Shown here: positions 26,817-41,300 of the stretch, piece by piece
Position numbering within the stretch: position 1 is the first letter of the stretch
How the letters are laid out: each line of letters opens with the position of its first letter
Notes under the pieces: generated by a model
What the model was told of the DNA's origin: nothing
The model's database searches: none
Seen by the model: only the letters and a program-made list of their open reading frames with translations
NCBI GenBank assembly: GCA_943704425.1
Contig: CALSCP010001258.1
Location: 1 to 63,609 of the forward strand
Reading direction: 5' to 3'
DNA: 63,609 nucleotides
DNA from: Ministeria vibrans ATCC 50519
Taxonomy: Eukaryota; Protista; Filasterea
Program-made: the position numbers and the translations under genes

Positions 26817-29523
26817 ATGGGACCCCGCAAGGCGGGTAAGAGATGCCAACAACGAACAAAATAATAATAATAATAATAAATTTTTTTTGTGGTGGGGACA
26901 GTCTCAGTTGATTCGTCGACCGACCAGAGTGCAGGGACTGTGGCAGCGCACGCTGTCTTTGCGTGGTGGCAGGACAACTTTGGGTTTGTTGCCTCGGTGT
27001 GCATGGCGGTGGTGGTCGCGGCCTTCACGCGCTTCGCCATCACCAGCGCGCAAGTGTCGAGCCGCGTGGAGCGCGAACGGCGCACGCAATTGCTCAAGGC
27101 ACACAACCACAAAGGCGCAGCGAACGTGCTTGCGCGCCCCACGCACGAAGACCGCATTGCGCATGCTGAAATGGAAGAGGAAGAGCTCAACGAGGAGTGG
27201 GAGCGTGGCGAGAGGCTGCGACAAGAAGAAGAAGCAGAAGCAGAAGCAGAAGGCGAAGCGGGCAAGGCGCCGTCGACCAGCGCAACGACCGCTGCTGCTG
27301 CTCCGACACCCATGGCACCGGCCACGACGAACCCTCTGGAGCTTGGTGGTGCTGAGCTCAAGGTGGTCTACGGTACGGTGCTGGGCAAGGCAGCCAAGTT
27401 CGCCAAGGAGCTGGCGGCGACGGCACGCGAACGCTTTGGCCTGCGCGTTGCCGTGCACAATGCAGCCGAGCTGGGCGACGACGTCGAAGACATCCTCACC
27501 AACGACACGTGTCCCTACGTGTTTATCATGTCGACGTACACAGACGGTCGGCCCGCCGAGGGTGCCGCCTGGTTCCACGACTGGCTCGTCGAGGCGTCGT
27601 ACGACTTTCGGTACGACAAGGAGATGCTTTCGCAGATGCGTTATACCGTGTTTGGACTGGGCAACGCACTCTACGAAGAAAATTTCAATGCAGCCGCACG
27701 CACACTGGACAGCGCGCTGCACCGGCTCGGCGCACGGAGGATTGCGGGAATGGGCAGTGGCGATGAGAATGTTGCAACGAGTCCGGCCGGAGACATTGAG
27801 CGCGACTTTACCGCCTGGCTCGATGCCAGTTGGGCGAAAATGGTGCGGGCAGCACGCAACAGGGATGTGTGGGATGCGGAGGCGGATGCGCTGGTGGAGA
27901 GCAATAGTGAGGAGGAGGATGATGACGATGACGATGATGATGACGATGGAGAAGGGTCGGATGCGGAAGTGGATTTGGAGGACATGGGAAAGGTTGCGAA
28001 TGCACTGGAAACGGCAAAGGAGCAGCGACGTAAGGAGGAGGCAGCAGGAAAGGGAAGCGGAGGAGGAGGGGTTGTGGAAGAAGGGGTTGTGATGGTGACG
28101 AATCGGAAGGGAAAGAAGAAAGGGGGCGATGTAGGAAGTAGTGCGCAAGGGAGTGGAGAGGAAGCAAGTGAGGCTGTTGAAATGGTGACGCCGGCACTGC
28201 GCAAGGCACTGACCAAGCAAGGGTATCGGATTGTCGGAAGCCACTCGGGGGTGAAGCTGTGCCGGTGGACCAAGAGCATGCTGAGGGGTCGCGGAGGATG
28301 CTACAAGCACACCTTCTACGGCATTGAGTCGCATCGCTGCATGGAGAGCACCCCTTCCCTCGCGTGCGCCAACAAGTGTGTCTTCTGCTGGCGCCACCAT
28401 ACCAATCCGGTGGGAACCGAGTGGCGCTGGAAGGTCAGTTTCAGTCTTTTTTCTTTGATGAATGATTATTTTGATTTAATATTGATTGTTTTTATTTTGT
28501 TTTATTTATTTATTTTGTATTAATTATTAATTATTGATCTAATGGCGCGTTGCACAGCTGGACGACCCTGAGAGTGTGCTCAACGGGTTCATGGAGGAGC
28601 ACTATCAGATGATTCGCACAATGAAGGGAGTGCCAGGGGTGATCCCTCAGCGCTATGAGGAAGGAATGGAGATCCGTCACTGTGCTCTGTCGCTTGTTGG
28701 TGAGCCCATTATGTACCCTGAGATCAACGCCTTTCTCCAGCTTCTCCACAAGAGACGCATTTCCTCTTTCCTTGTCACCAATGCGCAGTTCCCAGACCAA
28801 ATGAGAGGGCTCGTAAGAAATTCCTCAACCCCAAGTCTAACCCTAAAGCGTACGTCTGTTGTTTGTCAGGTTCCTGTGTGTCAGCTGTACGTCTCCGTCG
28901 ACGCGTCGACCGAGCAGTCTCTCAAAGCAATCGATCGCCCTCTCTTCCGTGACTTTTGGCAGCGTTTTCTGTCGAGTCTCGAGGCGCTTGCTGAGAAGGG
29001 CCAACGTACTGTCTACCGCCTCACGCTGGTCAAATCATGGAATGTCGACGAAATCGAAAACTACGCTAAACTCATCTCAAATGGAAATCCTGACTTCATC
29101 GAGATTAAGGTGCGCGTCTTTTTCTCGTTTCGTTTTCGACTAATTATTGGCTTTTTATTTTGAAAGGGAGTGACATTTTGTGGCGATTCCAAAGCGAATC
29201 CACTGCGAATGACCAATGTGCCATATCACGAAGAAGTGTTGGGGTTTGTGCAGAAGTTGGTGGACCGACTTAGTGGAAACTATGAGGTACAATGCAATGC
29301 AAAAAGAGACTATAATAATAAGACGCAATTAAAAATTCAAATCATTTTGATTTTGTTTCGCACGCTCTCACTCTCTCCATTTATCTTCTCTCTCTCTTTC
29401 AGATTTGCTCTGAACACGAGCACAGTACGTGTGTGTTGGTTGCGCGTGTGGACCGCTTTAAGATTGATGGGCGATGGTGCACTTGGATTGACTACGAGAA
29501 GTTCCATCAACTTGTGCTCTCCG
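26817..29523 (+). CDS. TYW1: tRNA wybutosine-synthesizing protein 1 (flavodoxin + radical SAM); 3' end lost at assembly gap
   Basis: Flavodoxin YGTVLGKA / VFGLGNALY; GYRIVGSHSGVKLCRWTKSML, TPSLACANKCVFCWRHH, HCALSLVGEP, PDFIEIK|GVTFCG. Confidence 0.95.
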
Positions 29524-29577
29524 GTACCAAATCCCTTTAAACGTGTTGTTTTGTTGTGTTCTCATTGCCTCTTGTCT

Positions 29578-29609
<32 letters not shown>

Positions 29610-29619
29610 NNNNNNNNNN
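29610..29619. other. Scaffold gap (N10)
   Basis: N run between poly-T and poly-C tracts. Confidence 0.98.
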
Positions 29620-29694
29620 CCCCCCCCCTCCTCCCTCCTCTCAACCAAACAAATCAATGAGACTGACTCGTCGTATTTTTACATGTCTGCATAG

Positions 29695-32658
29695 GTCAAC
29701 GGCATGAAGTTTGTCAAGCCATTTGTGGAGAAACCGGCGGATGCCGAAGACCACAGCATCATCATATACTATCCGCGCTCAGCGGGCGGTGGCAGCCAAC
29801 ATCTCTTCCGCAAGGTGGATAACCGGTCGAGCGAGTTTCGGCGCGACGTCAACGCAGTGCGCACGACAGGCAATTACATTTATGAGGAGTTTTTGCCGAC
29901 CGAGGGCACTGACGTCAAAGTGTACACGGTGGGCCCCAACTACGCACACGCGGAGGCACGCAAGTCGCCCGTGGTCGACGGGGTGGTGCGGCGCGACTCG
30001 GATGGCAAAGAGGTGCGCTTCCCGGTGATGCTGTCGACGGTGGAGAAGGACATTGCGCGCAATGTGTGCCTCACCTTCAAGCAGACAGTCTGCGGCTTTG
30101 ATCTGTTGCGCACCGCCGGAAAATCATACGTGTGCGATGTCAATGGCTGGAGCTACGTAAAAAAGTCGAAAAAGTACTATCAGGACTGTGCGCGACTCCT
30201 GCGCGAGTCCTTCTTCCTCGGTCTTCACCGTGTTCCTCTGACGCGCTCTCTGCTGCCCGACTCGGCGCATCACCACGCACACCACCCGTCGGTGGGTGTT
30301 GCTCTTGCCGCCCTCACGTGCATTGGCAGCGGTGCTACCGTGCAGCCCGTGTCGCTGCATGGCGGTGTGGTTGTGCCGGCGTCGTCGCCCGTCGACAGCC
30401 ACCGGCCTCTCTCCGTCGCGTACCACGACGAGGGCACCGACCAACTGCGCGGTGTCATTGCTCTTGTGCGCCATGGCGATCGCACCCCCAAACAGAAACT
30501 CAAAATGACCACACGCAACGAAAACTTCCTGGCGCTCTTTGACACGTATGGGACGCCCAAGGATCCCGCTCGGCGCAACGAGCTCAAGCTCAAGAGCGCA
30601 CGTCAGCTGCAAGATGTGCTCTCGGTGACGAGGACGCTGCTGGAGCGCGAGCAGATGGAGGGCGCTGCAGATAGCGATCACGAAGAGCAGACGGTGCATC
30701 TCAAGCAGGTGCGCACCGTACTCGAGCGTGGCGGTCACTTCTCGGGCGTCAATCGCAAGGTGCAGCTCAAGCCCCGTCGGTGGGTGCGCTTCAACAATCA
30801 CAACGGCTCAGTGGACACGACGGCCGAGAACCAGCACGCGTATGACAGCGACAGCGACGACGAAACCCTCCCGTTCTCCCATGCCGATGCCTCGACCACG
30901 ACAAACGTTATGTCGCCTGCCGCCCCGGTGGGCACTCGCCCTAGCAGCGCCCTTCTTGCCCACACGTCGTCGTCGGCATTCTCGTCGCCCCAACGCGACG
31001 GCGACCCTGTCCTCTCCTCCGCTGTCGTCTCGTCGGGCGCCTCAACGCCAGGCGTGTCCCAACCCACTACGCCACTGCGTACCTCCGACGCGACCCACTT
31101 CAAAGGCGACGACGACAAAAACGGCGCCACAGAATTGACGATGACGACAACAACATCGCGTGTGAGTGAGGCACTGCTGGTCGTCAAGTGGGGCGGTGAG
31201 CTGACGGAGCGAGGGCGCATGCAGAGCACGGCGCTGGGACTGGACTTTCGCCGGAGTCTTTACCGGGGCACTGCCGAAGTGCTGCAGCTGCACTCGTCGT
31301 TCCGCCACGACATGAAAATCTACTCGTCGGACGAGGGACGTGTCCAGGTGACGGCGGCGGCGTTTGCCAAGGGCTTCCTTGAGCTGGAGGGCGAACTGAC
31401 GCCCATCCAGGTGTCGTTGGTGCACAAGGACAAGAACGCGATTGCGCTGCTCGACGACGCAAGTCAGGCAGAGTCGGCACTGGACGCACACAAATCGCGC
31501 ATCCACTCGCTCATGTGCGCCGACACCGACGTCATTGACGACGCGTACTTGCACGCGCGTGCGCCCACCGGTGACCCTTCCCTTGTGCAGGCTCTGAAGT
31601 CCATTGGCAATCCCCACCGCGCTCTTCAGCACATCTACCAGCTCCTCGAAAAGCTCGTCATCTCCCTGCGCTTCCTCCTCACACACGATCCGCGCCCCCA
31701 CGACCTCTCGCTCTACAATGGCGAGTCACTTGCGATGATGCACCAGCGATGGGCCAAACTCCACGCCGACTTCAAGCCCCGCCGTCGCAGCAAGAGTGGC
31801 TCTACCAGCGTCAATGGCGAGAGTGTCTTTAATCTCAGCAAAAGTAAGAGAGAGAGCAAGAAACATTGAAAAAAAATGATAGAGAGAGAAAGTAATGGAG
31901 AGAGATGAGGAAGAAAAAGAAACAACAAAGTGAATGCGAGACAATATTTTAATTATTTGGATTTCGCAGTTCCTGACATTTACGACTGCTCCAAATACGA
32001 CACACTGCACAACAATGCGGTGTTGAAGCTGGTGCACATCCCGGAGCTGTACGAGGCGTCGCGCCGCATGGCAGACGTGATCATTCCCAGCGAATATGGT
32101 CTGACGGCGGGCGATCGTCTGCAGGTCGGGCGACTTGTCTGTCGCAATCTGTTGCGGAAGATCAAGGAGGATATTCTCGTGGCGACGTCGACGACGGACG
32201 AGCTGGAGGACGAGACGGTGCACCGCCTCAACAAACAGTACATGACTACCGACAATCCCACCTCGTTGGGTTTCACCGACACGCAAATCCGCACGCGCAT
32301 CTACTTTACCTCCGAGTCTCACATTCACGGGCTTCTCTCCGTCCTGCGCTTCAATACGGCGGCGCAGACAAGCAAACGCTACGAGCGTCTTCGGCAGGTG
32401 CTTGCTGACGTTGCTGAGTTTGACTACCTCACCCACGTCGTCTTTCGTGTGTTTGAGGACCGTGCCAGTGGTCTCATTGGCGCGACGGGTGGTCGCGCCG
32501 CAACCTTCCGCGTAGAATTGCTCTTTTCTCCGGGCGCCCGTTCCGACATTCCCGACTGTAACTGCGACAGTAGCGACGTGCTTTGGCATCCACGCATCAC
32601 GTTGCTGGACGATGCCACGGTCGATGAAGTCGTGGCGTTGCTCAATTTCAAAGACTGA
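29695..32658 (+). CDS. PPIP5K: Inositol hexakisphosphate/diphosphoinositol-pentakisphosphate kinase (VIP1/PPIP5K); 5' end lost at gap
   Basis: KPFVEKP..AEDH, GTDVKVYTVGPNYAHAEARKSP, VCGFDLLR, CDVNGWSYVK, phosphatase RHGDRTPKQKLK, KWGGELT, RTRIYFTSESHIH. Confidence 0.96.
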
Positions 32659-33173
32659 TCAGAGTCAGAGTGAGTGATTAAATTTGACTTGCCCTCTTCT
32701 CAAGTAAACACATAACCCCGAATCAATAAGCATACAAGGCACACCTTGTTTTTGAAGCAGAAACAAACAAAAAAAACCCAGCTCAAATATGAATATGAAA
32801 TGAAAATACTCCAGAGAAGAGCTGTAGTTCTGGACGAGAATGTCCCGAAAGAAGCTCATAGGTCACTGATAACCCCGTGAGAAGAATGCACGAAGACACA
32901 GGTAGACCGTGTACACGACCGTCTGCGGGTGCACCATTGCGGCGCCACTCACGCTCCATTCTCCCGTCGGTGTTGATTGATCCCCGTCACTCACTCTGCG
33001 TTGCACCCCATGTCCCTATCCCGCGTCGAAGGTGACGCCGCACGAGTGGAAGCAGTACAGCTCGCGGAGATGCGTTGCCGGATGGAAGAGGGTGGAGACA
33101 ATGGAGTAGGTTCTGAGCATCCAGGGGATTACAAATAGATGAATTAATGTCTGTATTCTCGATAATAATAATA

Positions 33174-33210
33174 AGAAGAAGAAGAAGAAGAAGAAGAATA
33201 CAACCCATTA
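33174..33210 (-). mobile_element. Very short 3'-terminal remnant of the (TTC)n-tailed repeat
   Basis: (GAA)n-TACAACCCAT is identical to the end of the other copies. Confidence 0.55.
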
Positions 33211-33274
33211 TTTTATTATTATTATTATTATTTATTCAGAATAAAAAATTACAAAATTTAATATTCTATTTTCA

Positions 33275-35198
33275 GTCAATTTCCTCTCCTTCCCCATTCC
33301 AACGACTTCCTGCCCCCTATGCCCGCGACAGATTCAAATGCCTGTGTGAGTGCCTGTGGCAGTACTGAACCCCCTTCTCCGGTATGAAAGTGTCTTTGTT
33401 TGTTTGTTATTGTGCCGTTGTTGTTTGAGCACCTGTCAAACGTTTGAAGCTGCTGAAACTGCGCTATTCGCTGAATATTCAGCGCATGCGTTGGCGCATA
33501 CAGCTTTATCAGTGTCTATGTATACCGTCTACACCCAAGATGCACCTCGGCAGGGGCTGTGAGGCGCGCCTGACGCAACGCGTTCTTTTTTTTTTTCATC
33601 CACTCGTCTTCCGACATCCGTTGCAATTCGACTTCCTATTGCTTCCCATTTGCATTATACAGTGACACAATGTCACATCCGCCGCAAATGGTGTTCTGGA
33701 ATGCTTTCTATCGGGCGGTTGGGCCACCTTCAAAATGTTAGAGGATGTCACCCACTTGCGGCATTTTCGCATTTCCCGTCGCTTTCCGCCTTCCCTTGTT
33801 CGCGGTATCCCTATAAATGGTATGTCTATACCATATTCGACCCTGCTCTCTCACGAACGCGTCTCCTGAAGCGCAACTGAGCGACCTTCAAACGTTTGAC
33901 GCTCAAGTTGAAAGTTCCCCCAAACGAAAAACTCAACTCTCTTGTGCGTCTACAAGGCACTGTCGCTTTCTCGCCTATGGGGTGCATGGCGTGCTACCAC
34001 ACCGCGTTGCCGCCTTGATTGCAGTGTGTGCATCCAAACAAGCACAGATGACAAATTGCTCATCCAATCAATCTGCAAATCAAATTCGTTTCTCCCTTCA
34101 GATTCATTCGATGACATGCGATCCGGAGCACGATGCCAATACTTTGCATCAGTGCTTGGAGTATAAATCCTCGTCTTCAACCGGAACCCACTCAATTCGA
34201 GACACAGAATCGCCCGTATGGACAGAAACTCAAAACGAATATTTAATAATACGTCTTGTTATTAATATAATTATAATTTTCGTCACTTTATTTTCTCTCT
34301 CTAGGATTCATCTATGTCAGATACGCGATCTATTTCACCAGGCGCCCAGCAAACATGCACAGTAGTGCAGCCGAAGCAGGGAACAGCAGTTACAGCACTA
34401 CAGTTGTGCCCGCAGGACGAAACAACAATTCTGTTCTGCGGGCTCACACGCAAGGGCCCTTGTGTTCTCAAGTTACTTAGCAGCATGGACATTTCATTTG
34501 CTTGCCTGCGCACAGAGCACCACAACGACGAGATGCGCTGGAACTACTTGCAACAGGTGCTCTACGACAGCGCCACTCCCTTGGAACGGATTCTCTTTGA
34601 TGTAAGCAAAAAAGAGGAGATTATTATTATTATTTTTATAATATATATATGTGTGTGTGTAGTCCGAGAAGGATTCTTCGGGGTCAGTGACGGCACAGCG
34701 ATTTGTAGAGCATCGTAATGCAGTGCTTGAGGTGTCACTGCAACTGATCAACGCAATGTTTTCGGCGAGCAAAACCCCACCTACTGCCTTCACGTTTGAC
34801 GGACATGGATTCAAAATGAAGACGATCACGGAGAGTACATCGGACAAACAAGTGCGTGTGTTTTCCGGCAGAGTGATGCAGACGATCAATGATGGGCCCA
34901 AGCGCGGAAAAAAGAATAATAAGCAGGAATGCGACATTATCATTTCAGCGACGGAAACGGTAAAAAGCGTTACAGAAACACACATAGGATTATTCTAATG
35001 TGTGCCTGTGTGTTTGTGAATTAGACACTGGATATGGTGTTGCGAAAGGCTAAAAAGAAACAGAACCGCGGACGACACGTTGCGATGGGACGAGGACGGG
35101 GCGGCACTGCCATGGGCTCAGACTCAGAGTCCGACTCGGAGACGGAGGATGAGGACGATGAAGAGGATGAGGAGAAGGATGATGATGACGATATTTGA
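33275..35198 (+). CDS. Hypothetical multi-exon protein with acidic C-terminus; 5' structure unresolved
   Basis: The last exons splice plausibly (…RWNYLQQVLYDSATPLERILFD|SEKDSSG…IIISATE|TLDMVLRKAKKK…DDDDDI*). Upstream exons could not be framed consistently. Confidence 0.4.
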
Positions 35199-35227
35199 GT
35201 GCCTCTCATTTTTATTGTGTGTATGTA

Positions 35228-35232
<5 letters not shown>

Positions 35233-35305
<73 letters not shown>
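35233..35305. repeat. (TG)n microsatellite
   Basis: Seen directly in the sequence. Confidence 0.97.
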
Positions 35306-35306
<1 letters not shown>

Positions 35307-35972
35307 TAGGGAAACCGTTTACATCTGTTGATTACCGCATGCCCACTCCCGATTGGGCGGTTATTGGGAGTCGCGAGAGAGGGTTTGATCCGCAGGAGAC
35401 TCGTCACAAGCGAAACAAGCCTGGAAAGAACATTGGCGGTTGTTAGAGATTGAGAGTGGAGAGAACGACACAGAGAGAAAGAGAGAGAAAGAGATTGTGA
35501 ATGAAACAATCGTGTTTTGTATCGGAAAAGGGAAACGAATTAATCATGGTAGATTTATTATTATTGAATTAATCATGGTAAATTTTTTATTATTACTACT
35601 ATTATATTTACTTTGGTAAGAATTGATTTTTATGTGAGAAACGAAAATTTAATAAGAATCATAATCATACAATAGGGAGCTGTTTGTACTCAATGGCATT
35701 TTAATGTTAAAGTTTGCTCAAGGAGATGAAAATATGCAACGAAGAGTAATACAATGCGTCCGACATGGGCTAGATACTAATAATAATTATAGTATTTTTT
35801 TTTTTAGGAATAAATGAAGTGAAAAGTGTACTCAAGGAGAAAAAACGTCAGAAATACATAATAATAATACTAATAATAATAATTAATTTAATTTTATTCA
35901 TATTAATTTTGTGATTGATAATAAATTGGAAATATCTTCTTCATATTTTTGTGACTGTTTTTCCTTCCACAA

Positions 35973-38285
35973 ATGAACGATGAGGAGACCAAACCGCTTT
36001 TGGAGGAACGCGGGATTGTGAGGGACGCAACGCTAGGGTCGGAGGGAACTCCTGAAGACACGCCGGACGACAAGTGGAATCTGGCGTATATCATCTTCTT
36101 TGTGTTGGTAGGCGACGCGACGTGCCGCTTGTCTCCCCTTAAACCGCTCGTTCTGCCTTGTTTTCGCGCCTGTTTCTGCTTGCAGGGCATCGGAATGCTC
36201 TTCCCCTGGAACATGTTCATCACGGCCAGCAGTTTCTTCAAGTACGCACCGCTCTTTGAGGCGCAACACCTGACACTGACATCCGTCCCGTCTCCCTCTC
36301 CCCTCTCTCCTCCAGCGACCGCCTCGCAGGCATCTCGCTCGCCACCTACAGCGAGTCCTTCTTCTCCTTTGGCTTTCAGGTATGCCCCTACAGCTGTTGC
36401 GCTGCGCTGAGACTGCCAAATGCTCTTTCTCTATTTCACTCGTGAAACTGATCCTTCGCTAATTTTTTCTAATCGTGCGTTTTTTTTTTGTTTCGATCAA
36501 TACGTCGCGATTCTCTCCTTGTAGATTGCCAACATCGGATGCCTCTTTATTGCACTGCGGTTTCAGCATCTCGTCTCGATCAAGAAGCGCGTGGTGATTC
36601 CTCTCGTTCTGCAAATCATTGCGTTTGCAGTCATGACTGCGCTTGCTGCCATCTCATCCATTGGGCCGTACGCCGTCTTTGGGATCAGCATGATCTGTTG
36701 CATTATCGCTGGTGCCTCGACGGCCTTCCTCCAAGGGGGTGTCTTTGGTCTGGCAGGCACACTTCCATTCAAGTATGCATCAATAGTGCAAAGCGTCACC
36801 ATAATTCTATTATGTTTGCTTGTGATTTTTGCAACTTTCTTCTCACATGACTGTTTGTACTTCTTCCTTCCAGATACACGCAAGGGATCATGGGTGGGCA
36901 AGCACTGGGTGGCGTCATTGTTTCGATTGCCAACATTCTCTCGCTGCAAGCGAGCACTCCAAGTGCGTCTGCCACCGCCTACTTTGCCTCGTCCGTGGTC
37001 GTTCTCATTGCCTGTCTCGCCTCGTACAAAACACACATTGTCTCTCTCTCTCTTGTGACTGTTTGTGCGTGTTGATTCTATGTTTGTCATTGTTTGGGTG
37101 TATTTTGCAGCTTTTTCATGCTCCCTGCTCTCCCCATTGTGCGACGTGCCTTCGCGCTAGCTGACCAGGGCACTACCAGCGAAACTCCGCGCGACTTTGA
37201 ATTCAAAAAAGTGTGGAATGTCGTAAGTGACCTTTTTACTTCGAGCCAACTCACATATTCATACCCGACTAATGCATATCATTTTATAATAATGTTTATA
37301 TATTATGTTGGTTCAGGTGCGGTACTATGGTCTCTCCGTCTGCTACAACTTCTTCATCACGCTCTCTATGTTTCCTGCCATCACCGCCAGTGCCTTTCTC
37401 GCCTCAGACCCCGACAGCAAACTCTTTGTTCCTGTCTACTGTTTTCTTGGTAACAGCCTCCTATTGATTATTATTATTATTATTATCTTATTTATTTTGT
37501 TGTTTGGTTTGCTTTGCGTTGTCTCTTTTTAAATTGGTCTATTTGTCTCGTTAGTTAGTTAGTTAGTTAGTTAGTGTGTGTGTGTGTGTGTCGCGATGTA
37601 TTCTGTCGCGATATACTATTTCGTTTTGTATATTAGTTTGTGAGTCACCATCGATTTTTCTTAATTTCCTTCTCTTTTCTCTTAGGGTTTAATCTTGGGG
37701 ATTACATTGGGCGCACTTTGGCTGGCTTTGTGCCTCGTTTGGTTTCTCCGCGACACTTTTGGATCATCATTGCACTGCGCACAGTGTTTATTCCGCTCTT
37801 CCTTCTGTGCAATCTTCACAAAACCGTATTGCCCGTTGTCTTTTCAATGGGTGTTTATCCCATTGTGTTTATGGTCATTTTTGCCATCTCAAATGGGTTT
37901 ATGGGTTCTCTTTGTATGGTAAGTCGCTGAAATGATTTTGTCTGGCTTTAATCCCACGCTCTCATTTATTTTCATTTTGACTCAATATCAACATAACAAA
38001 ATACACGAGCAACACACACACACCAACAACTCACTACAAGAGCACCCTACCAGCAACACACACATACCCACCCGTCTATTGACATCATTCACATCCACTC
38101 TACCTCCCCACTTCTATTTTCTTTCTTTTTTTCAGATGTACGGCCCTCTTGAAGCCAAAGAAAAGGAGCGCGAGAGTGCCGGCACAATGATGGTCACTTG
38201 TCTTGTTTCTGGAATCACTCTGGGCTCCTTCACCTCCTTTGCTTTTGTCTATTTGGTCACCCGTCAGAATCCCTTTGCTGGTTAA
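35973..38285 (+). CDS. Equilibrative nucleoside transporter (SLC29 family), multi-exon
   Basis: AYIIFFVL|GIGMLFPWNMFITA, AFLQGGVFGLAG, MGGQALGG, FITLSMFPAIT, FNLGDYIGR, RTVFIPLFLLCN, FAISNGF, ERESAGTMM. Confidence 0.94.
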
Positions 38286-38388
38286 TATATCAATCTTCGT
38301 CTTTTGACTGTTTTGTGTTGGATTTTTTGTGTGTGTGTACTTAAAAAAGCAATTTTTCCCTCTTTAATACTTTTTTTGATGAGTTTGT

Positions 38389-41300
38389 TTACATTTCAAT
38401 TAGAGTATTTCCTTTGTTACACTCTCTCAATCGATTCTCTCCACTTCGCGTGAAACTGTTTTTCAATAACCTAAAAAATATAATAAAAAATAATTTAATA
38501 TTAATATTAATATTAAAAGTATTTTACTAAAAAACAAACAGAATACGAATAATTAATTGTTACCTGAGATGTTTCAGAGAGGACTGAGCGACCGAGCGGA
38601 CAAACACAAGAGCAACCGAATCACTAAGAGCACATGCACTTGCATGTAACACAGTCAGTCTCTGTTGTGACTGTCTTCGAGTGTCACTCTGAGTCTGTCT
38701 CTCAGTGTCGCTCTGCGCCAGTCTCTCTTGGAATTGAGTGTCTGGCGGTGGCTGTGTCTCGCGTGTGCTTGCTTGTGCTAGGCGAGTCCACGCAATGGTC
38801 CATTCGCTGTCACTTGCTTCGTCGCTTGTGTAGTCGTAGCTGACAATGCTGTGGTCCCGCACACTCAGTGTGTGGGCTGTGGCACTTTGTAGCTGACGCA
38901 CACGATAGCGATTTCGCTCGTGCTCGTCTTCATCATCATTTCCATCGTCGTCGTCGTCGTTATCGTTGTCTTGGTCATTGTCATTGTCGTCACCTGACAC
39001 ATTGCGGTTTCCATTCAGTCGCAGTTCCGTCAAGGGGCAGTCGGGTTTGGAGAGTGCCTCCGCAAGAACCGTGATGGCACGAGCGTCCAGCGCACAGCCA
39101 CACAACGACAGACGCATGAGCGATGAGCTACCGAGTGCTCCGGTGAGTGCCGCAAGTCCCTTTGCCTCAATGGTCTCGTTGCGCGACAGATCGAGCGACA
39201 GCAGCGCAGAGCGACCCGACGCTATGAACTCGCCAAGCGCGTGCAGTGTCTGCGGGCCAATGGACACGTTGGTCAGAGCAAGCGAGTGCACACAACTGTA
39301 GTCGCGCGGAAACAACGAGTACGTCTGGTTGTTGCGCAGTGCAGCCACAAAGAGCCCCCCGCTCTCGTCCGAGTCGCCCGGCAGAGTGCAACTGTGCACC
39401 TCCATCCGGCGCAGCTCGTCACTGTACGCAATCTCATCCAACACACCATTAAAGCTCGTCTGCGAGAACACGGTGCTGCGCAGCGCAATTGTCGTCGCAC
39501 TTGCAATGGCCGCCTGAAAGGGCACCATCCGCGGGAGCACTCCGTGGTCATCCTCCGCCAGTGTCTTGGTGAGCATTTTGTCCGTCACAACCACTTCCGC
39601 TCCAGTCCCATCCTCACTCTCATCACGTGCTATTGGCGCATCGCTCACCGAATCGCACTGTAGTGACTCTTGCGGCTCATTTGTTGCGTCACCAGGTAAC
39701 TGGAAGCTCACCTGTCGCTTGGCGGTCTTACTTCGGTCTCTCCGTCGCGACGGCTCACCGTCCCGTCGCAGACTGCTCTGTGCGCCCGTCACCAACAGAT
39801 TGTCGTCCTTCTCCAATCGTTCTTCGTCCGCTTCGCTCAGGTTTTTTCGCACAGACACCCGCGTGAGGCTCGCATGGCGCGACAATGCCTCCTCAAGCAA
39901 CACCACTCCCTCACTCTCAATCCGATTCCGATCGAGACTGATCATATATTAAAAAACAGCAACGGACCGTAAGTACATACGAATTACGATTGATAAATGA
40001 TTAAAAACAACTTGAATGTTTCGTACTTGATAGACTGAATGCTAGAAAGGTAGTCTGTCAGGTGCGCAATGAACTCTGCGCCTTTGTTGGTCAGTCGATT
40101 GTGGCGCAAGTGCAGTGTCAAGAGTGACCGTTTGACACTGAGTGAGCTCGCAAGAGAGTCGCACACGCGCTTTGCACCCGCATCCGACAGACGATTACCA
40201 TACATCTGGAGAACGCATAGGCTGCTTGAGAGATTCTGAGCAAGTGCCATGGCCACGCGAGTGCATCGGTAGTCGCCCAGGTCATTCGCACCCATATTGA
40301 GAAGAGTGAGACGCTCATTGTGCTCGAGCATGCGCAACAGTGGATCCAGCACCAAATCAGCCGTCGCAATCGCACTGTGCAGCACCAACTGCTCCACACG
40401 CGAAGTCTTGGTCATAAGCGCATCGCTCAGGGTGCGCACACACTCATTGGTGAGTTCACTGTACGACAGGTCCAACCGTCGAATGTACACCCTTCCACTC
40501 TCCAAGGTCCGAGAAATCGCTGTCCACTCTCTGCCCGTCAGCATTTGGTAGGCCAACGACCAACATAGCCCCTCCTCTTCGGCCTCACCACTCGTCTTTG
40601 TCGTCTCCCACCGTCCGTCCGTAAACACTGCCCGATCGGCCGCAATGTCCACCTTCTCATCACCCGCCCAGTGCGCCCGTCCCAGTCTCGGTGAACGCGG
40701 CTCACGCAACGCAGATTTGAGCGGTGTCGAGGCACCCGCACTAGTACTACGGCTAAATGCATGATGGCCAAGGCTGGCACTTGTTCCCACCATAGTAGCC
40801 CGCTTGTGCTCTTCCACACCATGCTCATCACCTCCACCACTCGATGACTCAAAAAACGACCCGCCATTTGACACAGACGAGTCGTCGTTCAACACAGACG
40901 AGTCGTCGTTCGACGTGTCGTCATTCGGCGCAGACAAATCGTCATCCGACGCAGACAAGTCGTCATTCTCCTGCTCTCCCTTGCTGTCTTCCTCTTCCTC
41001 TTCGTTCTTCTCTTCTTCCTCCCTACTTTGTTGGCGTTCCTCCTCCATCTTCGCTCTAAACTCCTCCATTCCTTCCTCCACAAGTTGCTCCACTCTCTTT
41101 GCATCTTCCTCTTCCCTCCTCTGTCTCTCTTCCACCTCCTTTTCCCTCTTTTCTTCCTCCTCCCTCCTCTGTCTCTCCTCCTTCTTCTCCTCCTTCTCTC
41201 TTCTCGCTCTCTCTTCGTCCTCCTTCTTCTGTCGCCTTTCCTCCATCTCTGCCGTCATCTTCATCTGCTGCTCCAATATCTCTCTCTGCATTCGCATTTC

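Noticed and set aside
26887-28400. Long overlapping ORFs of 401 aa (+) and 498 aa (-)
   Set aside because: Shadow frames of the GC-rich TYW1 exon; no recognisable motifs.
40865-40970. 21-bp tandem repeats
   Set aside because: Ordinary coding minisatellite (NDDLSAS/NDDSSVL) in a disordered linker.
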